Source of the DNA: Podarcis tiliguerta
Taxonomy: Eukaryota
Assembly: GCA_965153285.1 (NCBI GenBank)
Contig: OZ229119.1
Direction: 5' to 3' (one strand)
DNA: 64,000 bases
Within the stretch, counting starts at the first letter, position 1, and each line of letters opens with the position of its first letter. The notes below the pieces were generated by a model. The model saw nothing but the letters and a program-made list of their open reading frames with translations, was not told the DNA's origin and did not search any database. Made by a program: the position numbers and the translations under genes. This document shows, one piece after another, positions 1-12,800 of this stretch.

Positions 1-208
1 GATGATTATGCCTATTGAGGCCTGTTCAGTAGTTTAAATTTTTAAAAGATGAGCTAGTTATTTTAATTACTATTTTGTATTGTTCTTACAGTATTTTAGA
101 TTCTTTTGGAACTGTATACATTGCTGCATACGAATTGAAGTAGGTGTTGTAAATGAGATTGTTCTAGCCGATACAGCTTTTGATTGACTGCAAGCTGTTT
201 TATGTTAG

Positions 209-1315
209 GTGGCAGAGCTGAAGCAAGAGTTGAAGCTAAGAGCACTGCCTGTGTCCGGCACCAAGATGGATCTAATTGAGCGGCTCAAGGCTTATCAGGA
301 GCAGAACGGTGCAGCTGGCCGAGCAGCTGCCGCTCCAAAGCCCAATACAGCAATCCTCCCCAAGGCTGCGGATGTGGTGGTGGCCTTCCCAGCTGCCAGG
401 CTGAGCACAGGGCCTGCCCTGGTCAGCGCTGGCATTACTTCAGCCGAAGTTGTTGTGGCCACAGTCGCTGGCAATGGTGTGATGAAGTTTGGTAGCACAG
501 GCTCGACTCCTCCTGTGTCGCCCACCCCCTCAGAGCGCTCCCTGATGAGTGCCGGGGATGAGAATTCGACCAGTGGGGATGCCTTTGGGGAGATGGTGAC
601 CTCTCCCCTGACTCAGCTTACCTTGCAAGCATCTCCCGTGCAATTTCTGGTGAAGGAAGAGAGCTCCAAAGGCACCACTTGCAGCTTTAATTCAACATCA
701 AAGGCAGAGCTCTGCTGCAACAACAGTCAGCAAGACATGGAGGTCCAGGATAAAGACCAGATGTTGCAGGAGAAAGATAAGCAGATTGAGGAGCTCACCC
801 GCATGTTGAAACAGAAGCAGCAGCTGGTGGAGATGCTGAAGCTGCAGCTGGAGAAAGAAAAGCGGTCTCAGCAGCTCCTGCCTGCCACGTCTGTTGGAGA
901 AGAGGGCACAGCCGCTGTCCCCGAGCCGCTCACTTTTGGCACCCGTGTCAAGAGTGAAAGGGGCTTTCTGAGTTGCCAATCTTCAGGGCAGCCCAACTGC
1001 CAAACCGACCAATCAAAACCCACACAGACCACTAGCCAAATGGACACCTCAGATGAAAGTTCAGTGCCAAAGAAAGCAGTGATGGTGAAGCAAGAGGTGC
1101 CAGCTGCCGAAACTGAGCCGCCAAGCCAGACCTCAAGCTTCTTCATTGGCCAGCAAGGTGCAGGCTTCAGTAACCTCATCAAAGGAGCCCCTCCCCCCAC
1201 CCTCATCACAGATTCCACTGGCACTCACATAGTTCTCACCGTGACCAATCAGAATGCTGAGAGGCAGGGCCTCTCGCCTCAGGAAAAAGCAGGGAGCCGT
1301 CCCTTGCCATTGAGG
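209..1315 (+). CDS. MRTFA: MRTFA large exon (SAP domain end, leucine zipper)
   Basis: ttag|GTG GCA GAG ... TTG AGG|gtaggt; 1107 nt, phase 0-0. Confidence 0.93.
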
Positions 1316-4300
1316 GTAGGTATACATGCAGTGATGATTCTTGAGTCAAGGCTGTCTATCTAACCAGAGGAGGGCTTTCAAACAATGGACAGACTCAAAT
1401 CACATTGCTTTAGAATTGAATAGTTTTAATTCCTGTAGCTGTGCTTGTAATTATGGAAGTGTCGTGTCAGCACAAAATGATCTCTACAAAGAATGGCTGG
1501 GAATTTTCTTTGGGAGTACCATCAATGTATGGATTGGCTGATTACAATTACTGAGTTGCCTCAAGGAAGCCCCCCGTCACTGCCGTCCCTCTTCTGGCCA
1601 CAGGCTAGAGCCAGGTTTTTCCCCTCCGGCCCTCCCTGCAGGAAGGCTGGACTACAGTATAGTGTAAACTTAACTTTTATGTGCACTGGAAAACTAAAAA
1701 AAAGTGTAACTTGCTTTATTGTAATACTCAATTTATTACAGTGGTCTGGAACCGAACTCACAATATCTTGCCTGCACAATTTAAGAACACAGCCTCTCTC
1801 ACCAAAGGAACTACTCCTGGTTTTTCATAGCTCTTGTGCAGAGGCTCTTCAAAATGTATTTTCTCTCACATCTTTTCAACTCCTTTGCCTTGAGCAGGTT
1901 CTCAGTCCTTTGAACTCACCTCTACACAGGACCTAATTTGTTCCTGAACAGACCAGGATAGAAGACTAATCTTGCCTGCAGAATTCCTTTCCAGTTTTAC
2001 TTTCTTTCCTCGCAGCAACTCTTTTGTTCTTTGTTTATATTATTAAAACACTATTCTAGGGTAGAGCTAGAGTGAGTCGGAGCTGAGCTAAAGCTTCCCC
2101 AGAAAACTCAAGTATCTTAGTGGGGTGAGGAGAGAGAAAAGGCCCCCCAAACAGCAGCAGCTCTTTAATTTCATCTCTGGGGTTTATGAGGCCTGGTAAA
2201 GTGAGCAGAAGACAGGAGAAGGGCCCTCCTGAGGTGTAGAGTCAGTGAGAGCATGAACAAAATGGGTGTGTGGCAGAATTACTGGTTCATCAGCAGAAGA
2301 GCTAGTCTGACAGTGAAGGAAAACATCAGCAGTTTGGGCTTTTAGTTGCCACTTCATGCTAAAGTCTGCGTGCCAGTGGTGACAGTGGCAACCATAATTG
2401 TTGATTCTTGATTAAATGCACCTGCCCCTGCTCCCAGAAATCTCATTGGGTTTACAAGCCCTGCTTTTATGCTCCCTGTGACACTGACCCTGCTTCCCCT
2501 GTAGTTAATACTTCCACACCCATTCCACTCCTGCGCATGACTTCTGTCAATGTCATTTCATATTTAATTTGTGTCTGCAGCAACTAGCTCTAAAGATTGA
2601 GTGTGGGGTGGTGTGTGTTAAAAACCTCTAAAATGTTGTGTATCCTTCTCTCTCAGAGAGTGTCCTCACCACCTGTGAAAGCATCTATCCAACAACCTGT
2701 AAGCTACTCTCAGTCGCCTCTGCAGCCACCGCCAATGGAGCCCACTAAGAAGGTAGGGAACAAAACAGGTGGTCAGCTAACATTTTGCATTTTAGGGCAA
2801 GTAACACTTTGAATTGTGCCTGGAAACTAATTGGTATCCAGCGCAGTTGTGCCAGAAGTGGTATTATATATTAGAGTGCTGGACTAGGACCTGGGAGAAC
2901 AGGGTTTGAATCCCCACTCAGCCATGAATTTTGTTCTGTGAGCCACCCTGAGACCTCCGTGTATAGGGCGGTATATAATTTCAATAAATAATATAAAAAA
3001 TAATGAAGCTCATTGGGTGATCTTGGGCCAGTCACCATCTCTTAGCCTAGCCTACCTCACAGAGTTGTTGTGAGGATGAAATGGGGAGGAGGAGAACCAT
3101 GTACACCTCTTTGAGCTGCATGACAGATCAAGATGGTACATAAATGTCGTGAACAAACACCATCCCACCTTGGTCAATAACCTGACACCTCTAAGCTGTC
3201 TTCAAAGGCAGCTCCACTTACAGTGCACTGCAGTAGTCCAGCCAGAAGCTACCAGAGCATAGACAATACAAGTCAGGGACACAGCTGAGCCTCCACTTGA
3301 AGCTGATAGAAGACACTTAGTACCACTGATGCCAGTTGAGCCTCAAATGACAGTAATGGGTCCAGACATACTCCCAAGCTATGTACCTTCTCCTTCAGAG
3401 GGACTGTTATTGCCATGCTTCTCATCTAGAATGTTTCTTTTAGCATAGAATCTTTTTTCTTCTTGTTTAATAATAATAATAACAATAATTTATTATTTGT
3501 ACCCCGCCCATCGGGCTGGGTTTCCCCAGCCACTCTGGGCGGCTTCCAACAAAGATGAAAAATACACTAAAATGTCACATATTAAAAACTTCCCTGCTGA
3601 GGTTTGCTGAGGATTATGCCCAGCTTTGCCTGGGTGCTTTGGGAATACACTTGGCATGTGGTACTTCTCTTTGGACCAGCCTGAGTCTGACTTTTTCCTT
3701 CTGCTTCCTATCCCTTGTGCCTCTCCATAGGTTCAGAAGCCAGGCCTGCAGATAGTCACGGGGCAGCTGCCTCAAACAGTCTTGTCTTTTTCTTCGCCCC
3801 CCAACCTGCAGCCCTTCTTCGTGAATGGTTTTCACAAAGGACCCATGAAAACAAGTGGTAAAACTGGCCAGTCCAGCATGCCCAAAAAGGTACCCTGCCA
3901 ACAAGCCTCACTCCAATTCAGATGAATATGTTGAGGAACATGAGACAATAGATGTCATAGGCCAGGCCTGTAGAAATGCGTGTCCTACTGAAATGCTGCT
4001 GCTTCCAACATTTTGTTTTTGTTTAGGGGAGTTATTTGGAAATGTATACATGTACTTGCTTGTCCAGGGCACTTGGACCTGACCTCTCCTGCTCCCATAA
4101 CCGACAAATAATGGCAGAACTGAACCAGGGGTGGATTGGTGGGTAACGTTTCATGAGAAACTTTGCGCTCTGCAAAATGTAGGACTTGGATCTGGCCTGC
4201 AGGAAAATTGCTGTGTTGCAGAAATGCAGTACTTCCTGAGCCAGGCAAGTCAATGTTGACTCAGATGAGGTCATGCATTGTATACCCTTGACCGTGGTGC

Positions 4301-5879
4301 AAGTAGCTATGATGCCTATGAAGAGGGAAGCAGGAAAGGAAATATCAGAGGCTCCGCTGTGAATTATCTGAGAAGGGAGGCTTGTATGCTGAGGTTGTGT
4401 GCAAATGGCCCACCTGGGAATATTGTTCATTGCTTTTCTTCTTCTTTCTTCACAGCTTCTCTCGCAACCAGGATCTCCATCTCCTCCATCTCCACCCCAA
4501 ATGGATCTTGAGCAGCAGAACCCATCCTTCTTTGGTACTCCACCACCTTTGCCTCTCCCTGCCTCTTCCGTGTTGATGAAAGAACCACCAGGTTATGAAG
4601 AGGCCGTGAAGCAGCAGCCAAAGCCCCTTGAGGTGAGAGTAGCTCCTTTGTGTTGACGAATCAGAAGCATGTTGGTGTTGGTGCTGTTTTGCAAAAATAG
4701 TGCACACTTTGTCAGTCCTAAAATTCTCAGGAATCAAATATGCAACAGCTTCCCTAGGGTTAGAGCCATCTTCCATTTATTTGAGGTAGGACACAGATTG
4801 CAAGTGTCCACCCTTCATACCAAGGCTGTGGTTGTGCCATTTTTGCTAAGTGACACTGACAGTCTGGTGAATGTGCAGTTTGGCCAGAAGATCATTGGAA
4901 GATAAATGTTGCTGCATAGTTGGTGAATGCAATGTCTAAATAAGCACCCGTTCCTTCTCTTTCAGGAAAATGGGTGTTCCAGTCAGCAAATGGATGACCT
5001 GTTTGACATCTTAATTGAGCATGGAGGTAAGTAGACAATTTGTATTTATGTTAGGGACTTCTGTGGCTTCTGCAGCAGTGAGACTGGCCATCTGAAAGAG
5101 AACACTAATGAGCCTTTGTTTGAAGCCAGTTTAAGGGACAAATTTCCTTTGTAGGTTTGTGTGTACACTTGGTGCTGAAAGAGACATTTGTGCCACTTAG
5201 CAGATTTCAAAAGGATGTAGCAGCTTAATCTGCAACAGTGCTCATGGGTTCTTTGAGCCGTTGGTGCGTGCAGCACTTGCACAGCCCTAAGACTTGCGGC
5301 CATGTTTAGGAGCAGTAAAAATATTGCAAGCATCCATGGATTTAAGTGCTTTTTTTCTCTCTCTCAGAGATTTCAGCTCAATTCAAGGAGCAATCTTCCC
5401 CAGGAAGGAAAGGCGCCACTATTTCCCCAGGATGCCCTTCTCCGTCCAACAGCCACCATTCCTCAGAGCTCCCCCTGCAGGTGCCCATGAGCCACTCCAG
5501 CTCTATTAATCCCACCCCAGCAGGCAGGCTGGAAGACTTCTTGGTAAGCAGCACTGGCCTCCCCTTGCTGACAGCTGGCCCTGATGGACCTGAGCCTCTG
5601 TCCCTAATTGACCTCTACAGCGAGATGCTAAGCAGTTCAGCTATCCTGGACCACCCATCTTCACCTATGGACACATCAGAATTGCACTTTGCCCCTGAGT
5701 CCACTGGGGAACCAAGCTTGGACCTGGGAGAGGCTAACTTGGACAGTATGGATTGGTTGGAGCTGTCAGGAGGGCCAGTGATGAGCCTCACCCCCCTCAG
5801 TACTGCAACACCTAGCCTCTTCTCCACAGACTTCCTTGATGGACATGATTTACAGCTGCACTGGGATTCTTGCTTATAG
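209..5879 (+). CDS. MRTFA: Myocardin-related transcription factor A (MKL1), 3' part; join(209..1315,2657..2752,3731..3889,4456..4632,4966..5026,5368..5879); 5' exons lie upstream of the window
   Basis: SAP domain (VAELKQELKLRALPVSGTKMDLIERL), leucine zipper (DKDQMLQEKDKQIEELTRML), KEPPGYEEA, SQQMDDLFDILI, and C-terminus FSTDFLDGHDLQLHWDSCL* typical of MRTFA; all introns GT-AG and phase-consistent. Confidence 0.96.
2657..2752 (+). CDS. MRTFA: MRTFA exon (RVSSPPVKASIQQ...PTKK)
   Basis: ctctctcag|AGA ... AAG|gtaggg; 96 nt, open, phase 0-0, Pro/Ser/Gln-rich. Confidence 0.72.
2857..3140 (+). mobile_element. CORE-type (MIR-like) squamate SINE interrupted by an L2-like LINE 3' tail (about 2929-3002)
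   Basis: tRNA-like head (gtgctggactaggacctgggaga..ggtttgaatcccc), core cctacctcacagagttgttgtgagga; insert gagccaccctgagacc...aataaataa flanked by atgaa repeats. Confidence 0.6.
3470..3600 (-). mobile_element. Lizard LINE (L2/CR1-class) 3' tail; related copies at about 12505-12660, 24083-24143 and 28148-28305
   Basis: Recurring ccccgcccatc..gctgggtttccccagccactctgggcggcttccaaca next to (AAT)n/TTTATT tails. Confidence 0.6.
3731..3889 (+). CDS. MRTFA: MRTFA exon (VQKPGLQIV...SSMPKK)
   Basis: Long pyrimidine tract, ccatag|GTT ... AAG|gtaccc; 159 nt, open, phase 0-0. Confidence 0.7.
4456..4632 (+). CDS. MRTFA: MRTFA exon (LLSQPGSP...QMDLE...KEPPGYEEAVKQQPKPLE)
   Basis: cacag|CTT ... GAG|gtgaga; 177 nt; conserved MRTF motif. 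Confidence 0.92.
4966..5026 (+). CDS. MRTFA: MRTFA exon (ENGCSSQQMDDLFDILIEHG)
   Basis: ttcag|GAA ... GGA G|gtaagt; 61 nt. Confidence 0.94.
5368..5879 (+). CDS. MRTFA: MRTFA last coding exon (transactivation domain), stop TAG
   Basis: ctcag|AG ATT TCA; ends LQLHWDSCL*. Confidence 0.95.
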
Positions 5880-8381
5880 CTCTCTGAGCATGCAGACTTC
5901 AGGGGAGCGGTACAGCTGGGTTGTAGGACATGGATGGGCTCTTAAGTGAAAGTCGCCTCTTAAGAGCCCTGCATTTTGACCAGCTTTCATGAAGCTAGAG
6001 CCAAGGGCACGTACCAGTGATGTCTTCTGATTCAACCTCAGGCAAGCTACCACACTTCTCATAGCTATTGGTGGACTAAGGCATGGTCCTTTCCTCAAAT
6101 GTTCAGTGGTCGTACCAGTTGTATGACTTGTTGGAGGTTTTCAGAATGGAATGCTGCCTCTGGGTGGGGTTGAGGATTTAGTTCGAAGCCAAGAATCAAA
6201 AGCAGTTTGGAAGAACTTACTGGAGAAACCAGGATTCCTTCCTGACCTTCAGTCTGCCTTGTTAGAAGGCAACTGTGCTTTTTTTTAACTGGGCAAAAGT
6301 TAATTTGGCCATCTTTGGAGATGAGGAGGTGGGAGGATGAGTACAGGACTAGTGAGGTTTCTGCTTATATGGATGAGGATCCTGTTCCAAGAGCATTTCC
6401 CTAACAATGCCATAGTATAGGTGCTTTCTGCCTGGCAAGAAAGCCAAGCCCAGGTTATGTGCCACAGCTTAGATAATAGCCATCTTCCTTTGGCTTGCTA
6501 ATTCCTGCATGTAGCCCTTGTTCCACTAAAACTTAAGAGGCGGCTGTATGCCCTAGCTGTTGTATCTCACCTGACATTGTTGTCTCAGGTACTCAGTTGG
6601 TTATGAATCAAGACAGCTGCATCGGGGATGATACTCCTAGCCCCCTGTAATAGCTCTGCCACCTCCTCTTAATAACCCTGCCTATGAAACCTAGTTGGCT
6701 AGAACTTACTTATTCAAAGTGGTGGTGCTCTGTGAAGTTTGGGCCTTTGGCACTGGAGCAGATGAGCTGCACTATGCTCCTGTTCTTAGTGCTTATGCTG
6801 TTCATGGGTTTCAGTTCAGCTACTCATCCCAAGGGTTTTCCTGCATATGAAGTATATAGCTTTCTCTGATCTGCAGGTTGGTGTCATGGGGATGTCTGGT
6901 CTTGGCTGTAGGTTAAGGGTTGTGGCTCCACTTCCGTTTGGAGAGTTCAGCTGATCTCCGAGAGCATGAGCACTAACCTCCTCTCTGAGGCAAGTGTTTT
7001 TGGTGCTGCTTGCCTAAGGAGTTGCATGTCTTTCATTGCACAGAGGAACTTTCCTGTAGCCATAGTCCCTGCTGCTGTGTGGTTAAGAGAATGGTTAGAA
7101 ACCACAGTCTTGCCTCTTGATACCTGGTTTCATTTATAGCTGGTAAAATTTCTGTATATAGCCGTTATAAAACTTGTTTTGTTTTTGGAAAGCAGATGAA
7201 GTTATCTACCTGGTTAGGGGGTAGTTACTTCCCTTTAGCTCCTACTGTGTGGTAAACTGTTGGGGAGCTGGTATTTTAGCCTGTGGTTTGGTGGGAAAGA
7301 GGATTTGGTCCTTAGACTACCAGCTTTAGCCTTATTGCACATGTCACTCAAAGGAAATTGTATTTCTATTAGTCTCTTTCCCTCCCATAGAAAATACGTA
7401 GTTAAATGTGTCTGCTGGCACTGCCTTTCACCCCAAAGCAGAAGGAAGAAGGGTCCTGCCATTTGACAGGATCCAGGAGCCCCTTCTGTTTCTCCTATAT
7501 TTTATCAAGTCTACATAACATATCCTAAACACCCCCTTTTATGATGAGTGGAATTGAAGAGAATATTAGTTATGTGATTAGCCATTATCCTGAAATGGCC
7601 AACTGCACGTGAGTCTTATTTCATTCAGTAAAATATGACTGTTTTGGAAATTAGATTAATGGCTGCTGAAGGTGGCGTATCTCTTGTATACTCTTCAAGA
7701 CGTACTACTAATATTGTCACTCAGTCTATCACTGATTGGGAAGGTTGGATCTAGACTTGGGATTGTTCACAGTATAGAAAAGCAGAATAAGCCAACTTAT
7801 TGTGGGGAGAGGATCTGGTTCAGTAGTATCATCTTACCTGTTTTCAGACTAAGAGCAGTTATGGAGTTTAGGCTGGAAAGTACTTGTTGGCCAGATCAGG
7901 GCTGCTTCAGCAGCAGCAGTGAGTTTGTGCTGAAAGTGCTATCCTCCAACAGCTGCCTGGTTTTGAAAGGGTAAACATGTCTAGTGTAAAATTATGAAGA
8001 AAAGTGCTATGGGTTAAGCCCATTGTAGGAATACTACTCTTTTGTGGAACGAGAAAGTGACTGGTATTAAGATGGGCTTTTTTGCCAGTGTCTGCAAACA
8101 AGTTCCCTAAATTCTCCTTTTATATCCCCAAAGTAAAACAAGAGTCTAAGGGTCTTCCTTTGGTTTGAATGTACGCACTCTTCTGCTGATAACCACTGCT
8201 TGTATTTGATTAGCACGCACACTTATTCCACTATGCATCAATGAAAGGGGTTATCAGCACCCGCAAGAGGCTTACGCAGTGCTATAGTATTGGACCTGGA
8301 GTGAACATGCAACTGGAAAAGGGTATGGAATGAATATTATGGATAAATCAAATTATTTTTTCAGTTATTTGAAAAATCCAT

Positions 8382-8390
8382 TTTATTAAA
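8382..8390. terminator. Overlapping poly(A) signals: AATAAA on - (8382-8387, SGSM3) and ATTAAA on + (8385-8390, MRTFA)
   Basis: TTTATTAAA between two convergent 3'UTRs; TGTACA at about 8413; T/GT-rich flanks. Confidence 0.55.
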
Positions 8391-9807
8391 AAAAATTGTG
8401 TTGTAACATCTTTGTACATCTCATCTTTGGTCATGGCATAATGGATACTGATACGTGCCATGGTGAAAAGACAGCAAAGGCATTCAACATTTGTGGAGGG
8501 ATGAAGAGCCATTTCACGCCATTGTGACAGTTTCTCCTTCCTAAAAACAGCACCTTGAAAGAAGTGTGGCAAATTATCCAGTAGTAGAACAGAATGCAGC
8601 TATGGGGAAAGGGGCTTGCAGTCTATTCTCATCCAGGTCACAGTCAGTATATTTTAGCTGACCAGACTGTAACAGTACTATTCACTGAATAAGAAACACA
8701 ATATTTCAAGGCTGATTTACTTAATATTCAAATCCTAGAATCATTCGCAGAAGTGTCAATTTTTCCTTCCAACTACTAATACTTCCACATAACTCAGGAG
8801 AACAGAAATAAGGCTAAAGGCATCTGAAAAGCAGTCCTACTTCCCTATTACTGTCTTAGTCACAAGATGTGCAATTTACTTAGAAACCAAAATGACAAGT
8901 GATTGTGCTCCTGTCTTGCAGCCTCTACCATCATCATCAGTGTAGGTTGCAGCTGACTCCCTGAGCCATCTCGGTCCTGAATCCATTTTCTGCTAAGCTA
9001 CATCAAAATATACAGAGATTTCTGGATACATTTTACATCTTTTGGTAATCTCTCTCTTTTTTTACAAAGTTCCAGGCTAAAATGAACTGATGCTGTTCAG
9101 CTAAGAGCCAGAATTAAAGGCTAGGCTCCTGCTGCGCCACCCAAGGCAGTTTTAAACCAGCTAGCCATTTTAGGCACTTTGTGGCAGTAGCCCAGCCATT
9201 CCTGCACTGTAGCACCTGGGAAAACTAGTCATGAATCACAGTTTCTCTTTCAGACACACACTAATAAGGGGTGTTTCACATGTTAGCGTATGTAAGAAAA
9301 TAAACATGAATAAAGTGAGCCTTGGAGGAACTTGGAATCTGTTGGTCTCCTCTCCCTGCCATAAATGAATCTTAACAGCTAGATTGGTTAACCTTGGGGG
9401 AATCCCCTCTTGCTGTACACCACACCTAGACAACTTTCTGTCTAACATTACTGTCTTCCCTCTTGCCCAGACTAGCAGGCCTTGAACAGGCTTGGTATCC
9501 AAGGGGCACAGACTCCTGAGTGGTACATGACTTCCATAATATGCACATGCTCTGCACAATCAAGTTAGTGACACCATGGGAAAGGGAAGCTAGACAGCCA
9601 AAGTTTCAAACAATGCAGCACAACCCCTGCTCTCTTCAATATGCTACTGCCCACCTGTGAAGCAAACTGATACCAGTCCACAAGAGAACTCTTGACAAGC
9701 AAAGACGGTTGGTGAGAGGGACAGACTGAAGGGGGAACAGGCTGCGAGGGAGGAGAATATGCCAATGGTTTGATGTCATCCAAGAAGTCCAAACTGAGGC
9801 CAAAGAA

Positions 9808-9888
9808 TCACCCATCTATGTCCCAGCTAAAGAGATGGTGCTTCACAAGCATGTCCTGGACTCCTTCCTTCAGTGGTTTCTTCTTCTC
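9808..9888 (-). CDS. SGSM3: SGSM3 last coding exon ([26 protein letters not shown])
   Basis: tttag|GAG ... GGG TGA; 81 nt. Confidence 0.95.
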   Translation of the reverse strand, partial: EKKKPLKEGVQDMLVKHHLFSWDIDG

Positions 9889-12800
9889 CTAAAAAAGGAA
9901 GGCAAAGGGTTTTTTCACATTTCCCCACTGTCACTAATATGCATGTACTGTGTGTGTGTGCTTCAGGGCCCACCACCATACCATCCCGGGAAACAAAAGG
10001 GTCCAGGCTGGGGCAAAGATTAGCCTGCTGTACCTCAGCCCCCTATGCAAATATAAGAGAGAACACAGTCTAACCCCAAACTGGGGTTGATGCAGATGCA
10101 TGGGCTGTTGATTGACTAAAGGGACACATGCTTACCTCTCTTTTTACAGGGAGTTCCCAATCCTGAGAAAGGCTGAATGCAAATTTACTGAGGACTCTGC
10201 AACAGAACATATTAAGAGAGCTTAAAAGGAGGGCTATGCAAACACTATAGGCAAAGTAATCAAACTGAAACCCACATTAAGTTCTGACACATTTACTTCA
10301 TTCTGTTCTTACAATTAAAAATTGTGCTTGTTCCATAAACAAGAATTGCAAAACATTGTATCTGTCTACTGCCACAAATCAAGTCTTCAAGACATCTGAC
10401 ATTTCAAAGAAGTGAAGAAGCAAGAAAGAAAACAGGCGTGGGTGCTTGGTGGTGTTTTTTAAAAGTGGCTCTTTAAAAAACCCTTGAGAAAAATCTAGAC
10501 CTGAATTGTTCTGTCACCTCACAATTAACACAGCTGATGTGGAATATATACTGCCACATCTATTTAAGAGACAATACTTTATTTTAAAAAGAGGATTCCC
10601 AGCATCCTTATTTAGAGCACTTGGCAGTGCCACAGGCACAATTGACAGCTGTGTAAGAACATAGGAGACAAGTTGTATGATTTAGAAGAAGCATGCTTCC
10701 AGGTCTAACTGTCCTTAAGAAATACAAAACTCGGGTACTTCAGTAATCAATACATTTTCTCCTAGTTTTGCTGCACACAAACTCCTTTGTAGTTTGCTTT
10801 CTACTCAGCTCTACTACAGCTGAAGCTCAAGTGTACCCATTCCCCTGTGTTTATCCCTTCTCATTCATGATCATCTAAGGCAAAAAGCCTTCTCAATGTA
10901 GAAACTCTGAGCAGTTCCCTCTTAGTAGTTGTCCACACTTCTGCTTGCCCCACTGGTTTCCCCCGGGAAAATCCCATTTGCCACTGAATTGAAACATCAC
11001 GTTTTCTGCAGATTGACCCAATCCAGCAGCAAACAGGGATTGGGAAAGTGGCGGGGCAAGCAGAAGGATGGATGAGCCCTTTTACTCTTCCATGAGCCAG
11101 CCTGGCTGATGCATCTTCATATGAGCTGTGACAACTGGTTATTTTCTATTTTTCTGGAGATGTTGGCTGTGGCAACCAAGAAGGTTTGGTGGTGTATGAT
11201 GGCAAGGGGGAAAAAATCCTATTCTGCTAGGATAATGACTGATGAGCTCATCACAATGTACTGCCATTAGCCTTGCACATAAAGACCTATTCCTCCCAAG
11301 GAGGCTAAGATTGGGCAATGAAAGCAATTAGCATACCCTCTCTCCCTGTATGACATAGCCAAGTATGATTTCATTCACTTACATAAGGCTGCAGCTACCA
11401 GGAGGTGGAGTTGGGCAGTAAAATAAAGTGGGGAAAAGGAGGTTCCACCTACCTGAGCTCACACTTGATCTGCACCCAGCCAGGACTGCGCAAGAATGAC
11501 CAGAGATGGAACCATTTCTCCACGGTCTGCAGGCTAGAGCACAACACCTCAAGCCACAAATGCAGCACCTGCTCACTGAAAAACAAGGCACAGGGGAAGT
11601 TACTAGCACACACACATGTTCCATTGCCACTGCATAAGGAAACCCAGGGAAAATAAAAGGTGGAAGACCTTGTGGCTCGGAAGCAGCAGAGCAGATCACA
11701 CCTTTGGCTGCCAGCTCACAGCCCCTGCTGATGAAGCCCAATCTAAGCCACCCATTAGGCTCCTGTTCTCTGCTAACAAAAGCAGCCTTGTATGAAAAAG
11801 AACTGGAAGACTCACTTCAGTCCAATGCAGATAAGAGAACGAAGCTTCACATCCATCTGGGCATGTACTGCATCATGGGACATGTTGACAGACTGCACCG
11901 CCTGCAAAGGGGGGAAAGGGAGTTATATGGATTCTTATTCAGCAGCCTTTCTCTCCTGGGAGCCAAAAAGCTCAAACTGCATGCAAAAGGTATTCTACCC
12001 AAAGCATTTGGGCCTTAGAGGCAATGAGAGTGAAAGGACTCTAGATCGCCACCTGCTGGAAGACACAGCCCTCTGGGCTTGGCACAAGTCCTCATCATTA
12101 GACCCTGAAAACAGACTGTCCCGTCATAAAGACACCTTCATGACATCACCACACCCAATTAAAACACTAGAACAGCTTACCCGATAAAGCAGCTCCTCTG
12201 GAGTTAGCACTTTCCCATCTTCATCCAACCTAGAACAGTAAATTAACAGATCCAGCTGATACCAAACAAGCGAGGGTCAGATGTTTGCCCTACCCAGTGC
12301 CACACACAGGATAGAAGCAACAGTTCCTTTCAAAGAAGATTCTCAGTAGTCCTTGCAAATTTCAACACAGGCCACTTGGCTAGGAGCCTACACCACTAAA
12401 AGCTTGTAGCCCTCTGAAGAAAGCCTCATTTGGTAAGTAAAATCTGCAGCAGCCACTGGCTAGCCCATCCTACATCAATAACCCGGACTATAACCACCAC
12501 CATTGTATTATTTATATGCCACCCATCTGACTGGGTTGCCTCAGTCACTCTGGGTGGCTCCCAACAAAATAATAAAAACACAATAAAACATCAACTGTGG
12601 AGAACTTCCCTGAACAGGGCTGCCTTAGGTCTTCCAAATGTCAAACAGTTGTTTATCTGTTTGACAAGGTAATATGTGAAAACATTGCAAGAAAAATAAG
12701 TATCAGCAGGAAGGGTACATGACAGACAGGGAACATCTAATTCACTCGACTGATGAGAGAAACATTTACCTGTAGGTCTTGCAGAGCACAAGACGAGAAT

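Noticed and set aside
295-1327. Antisense ORFs over the large MRTFA exon
   Set aside because: Shadow frames of GC-rich coding sequence
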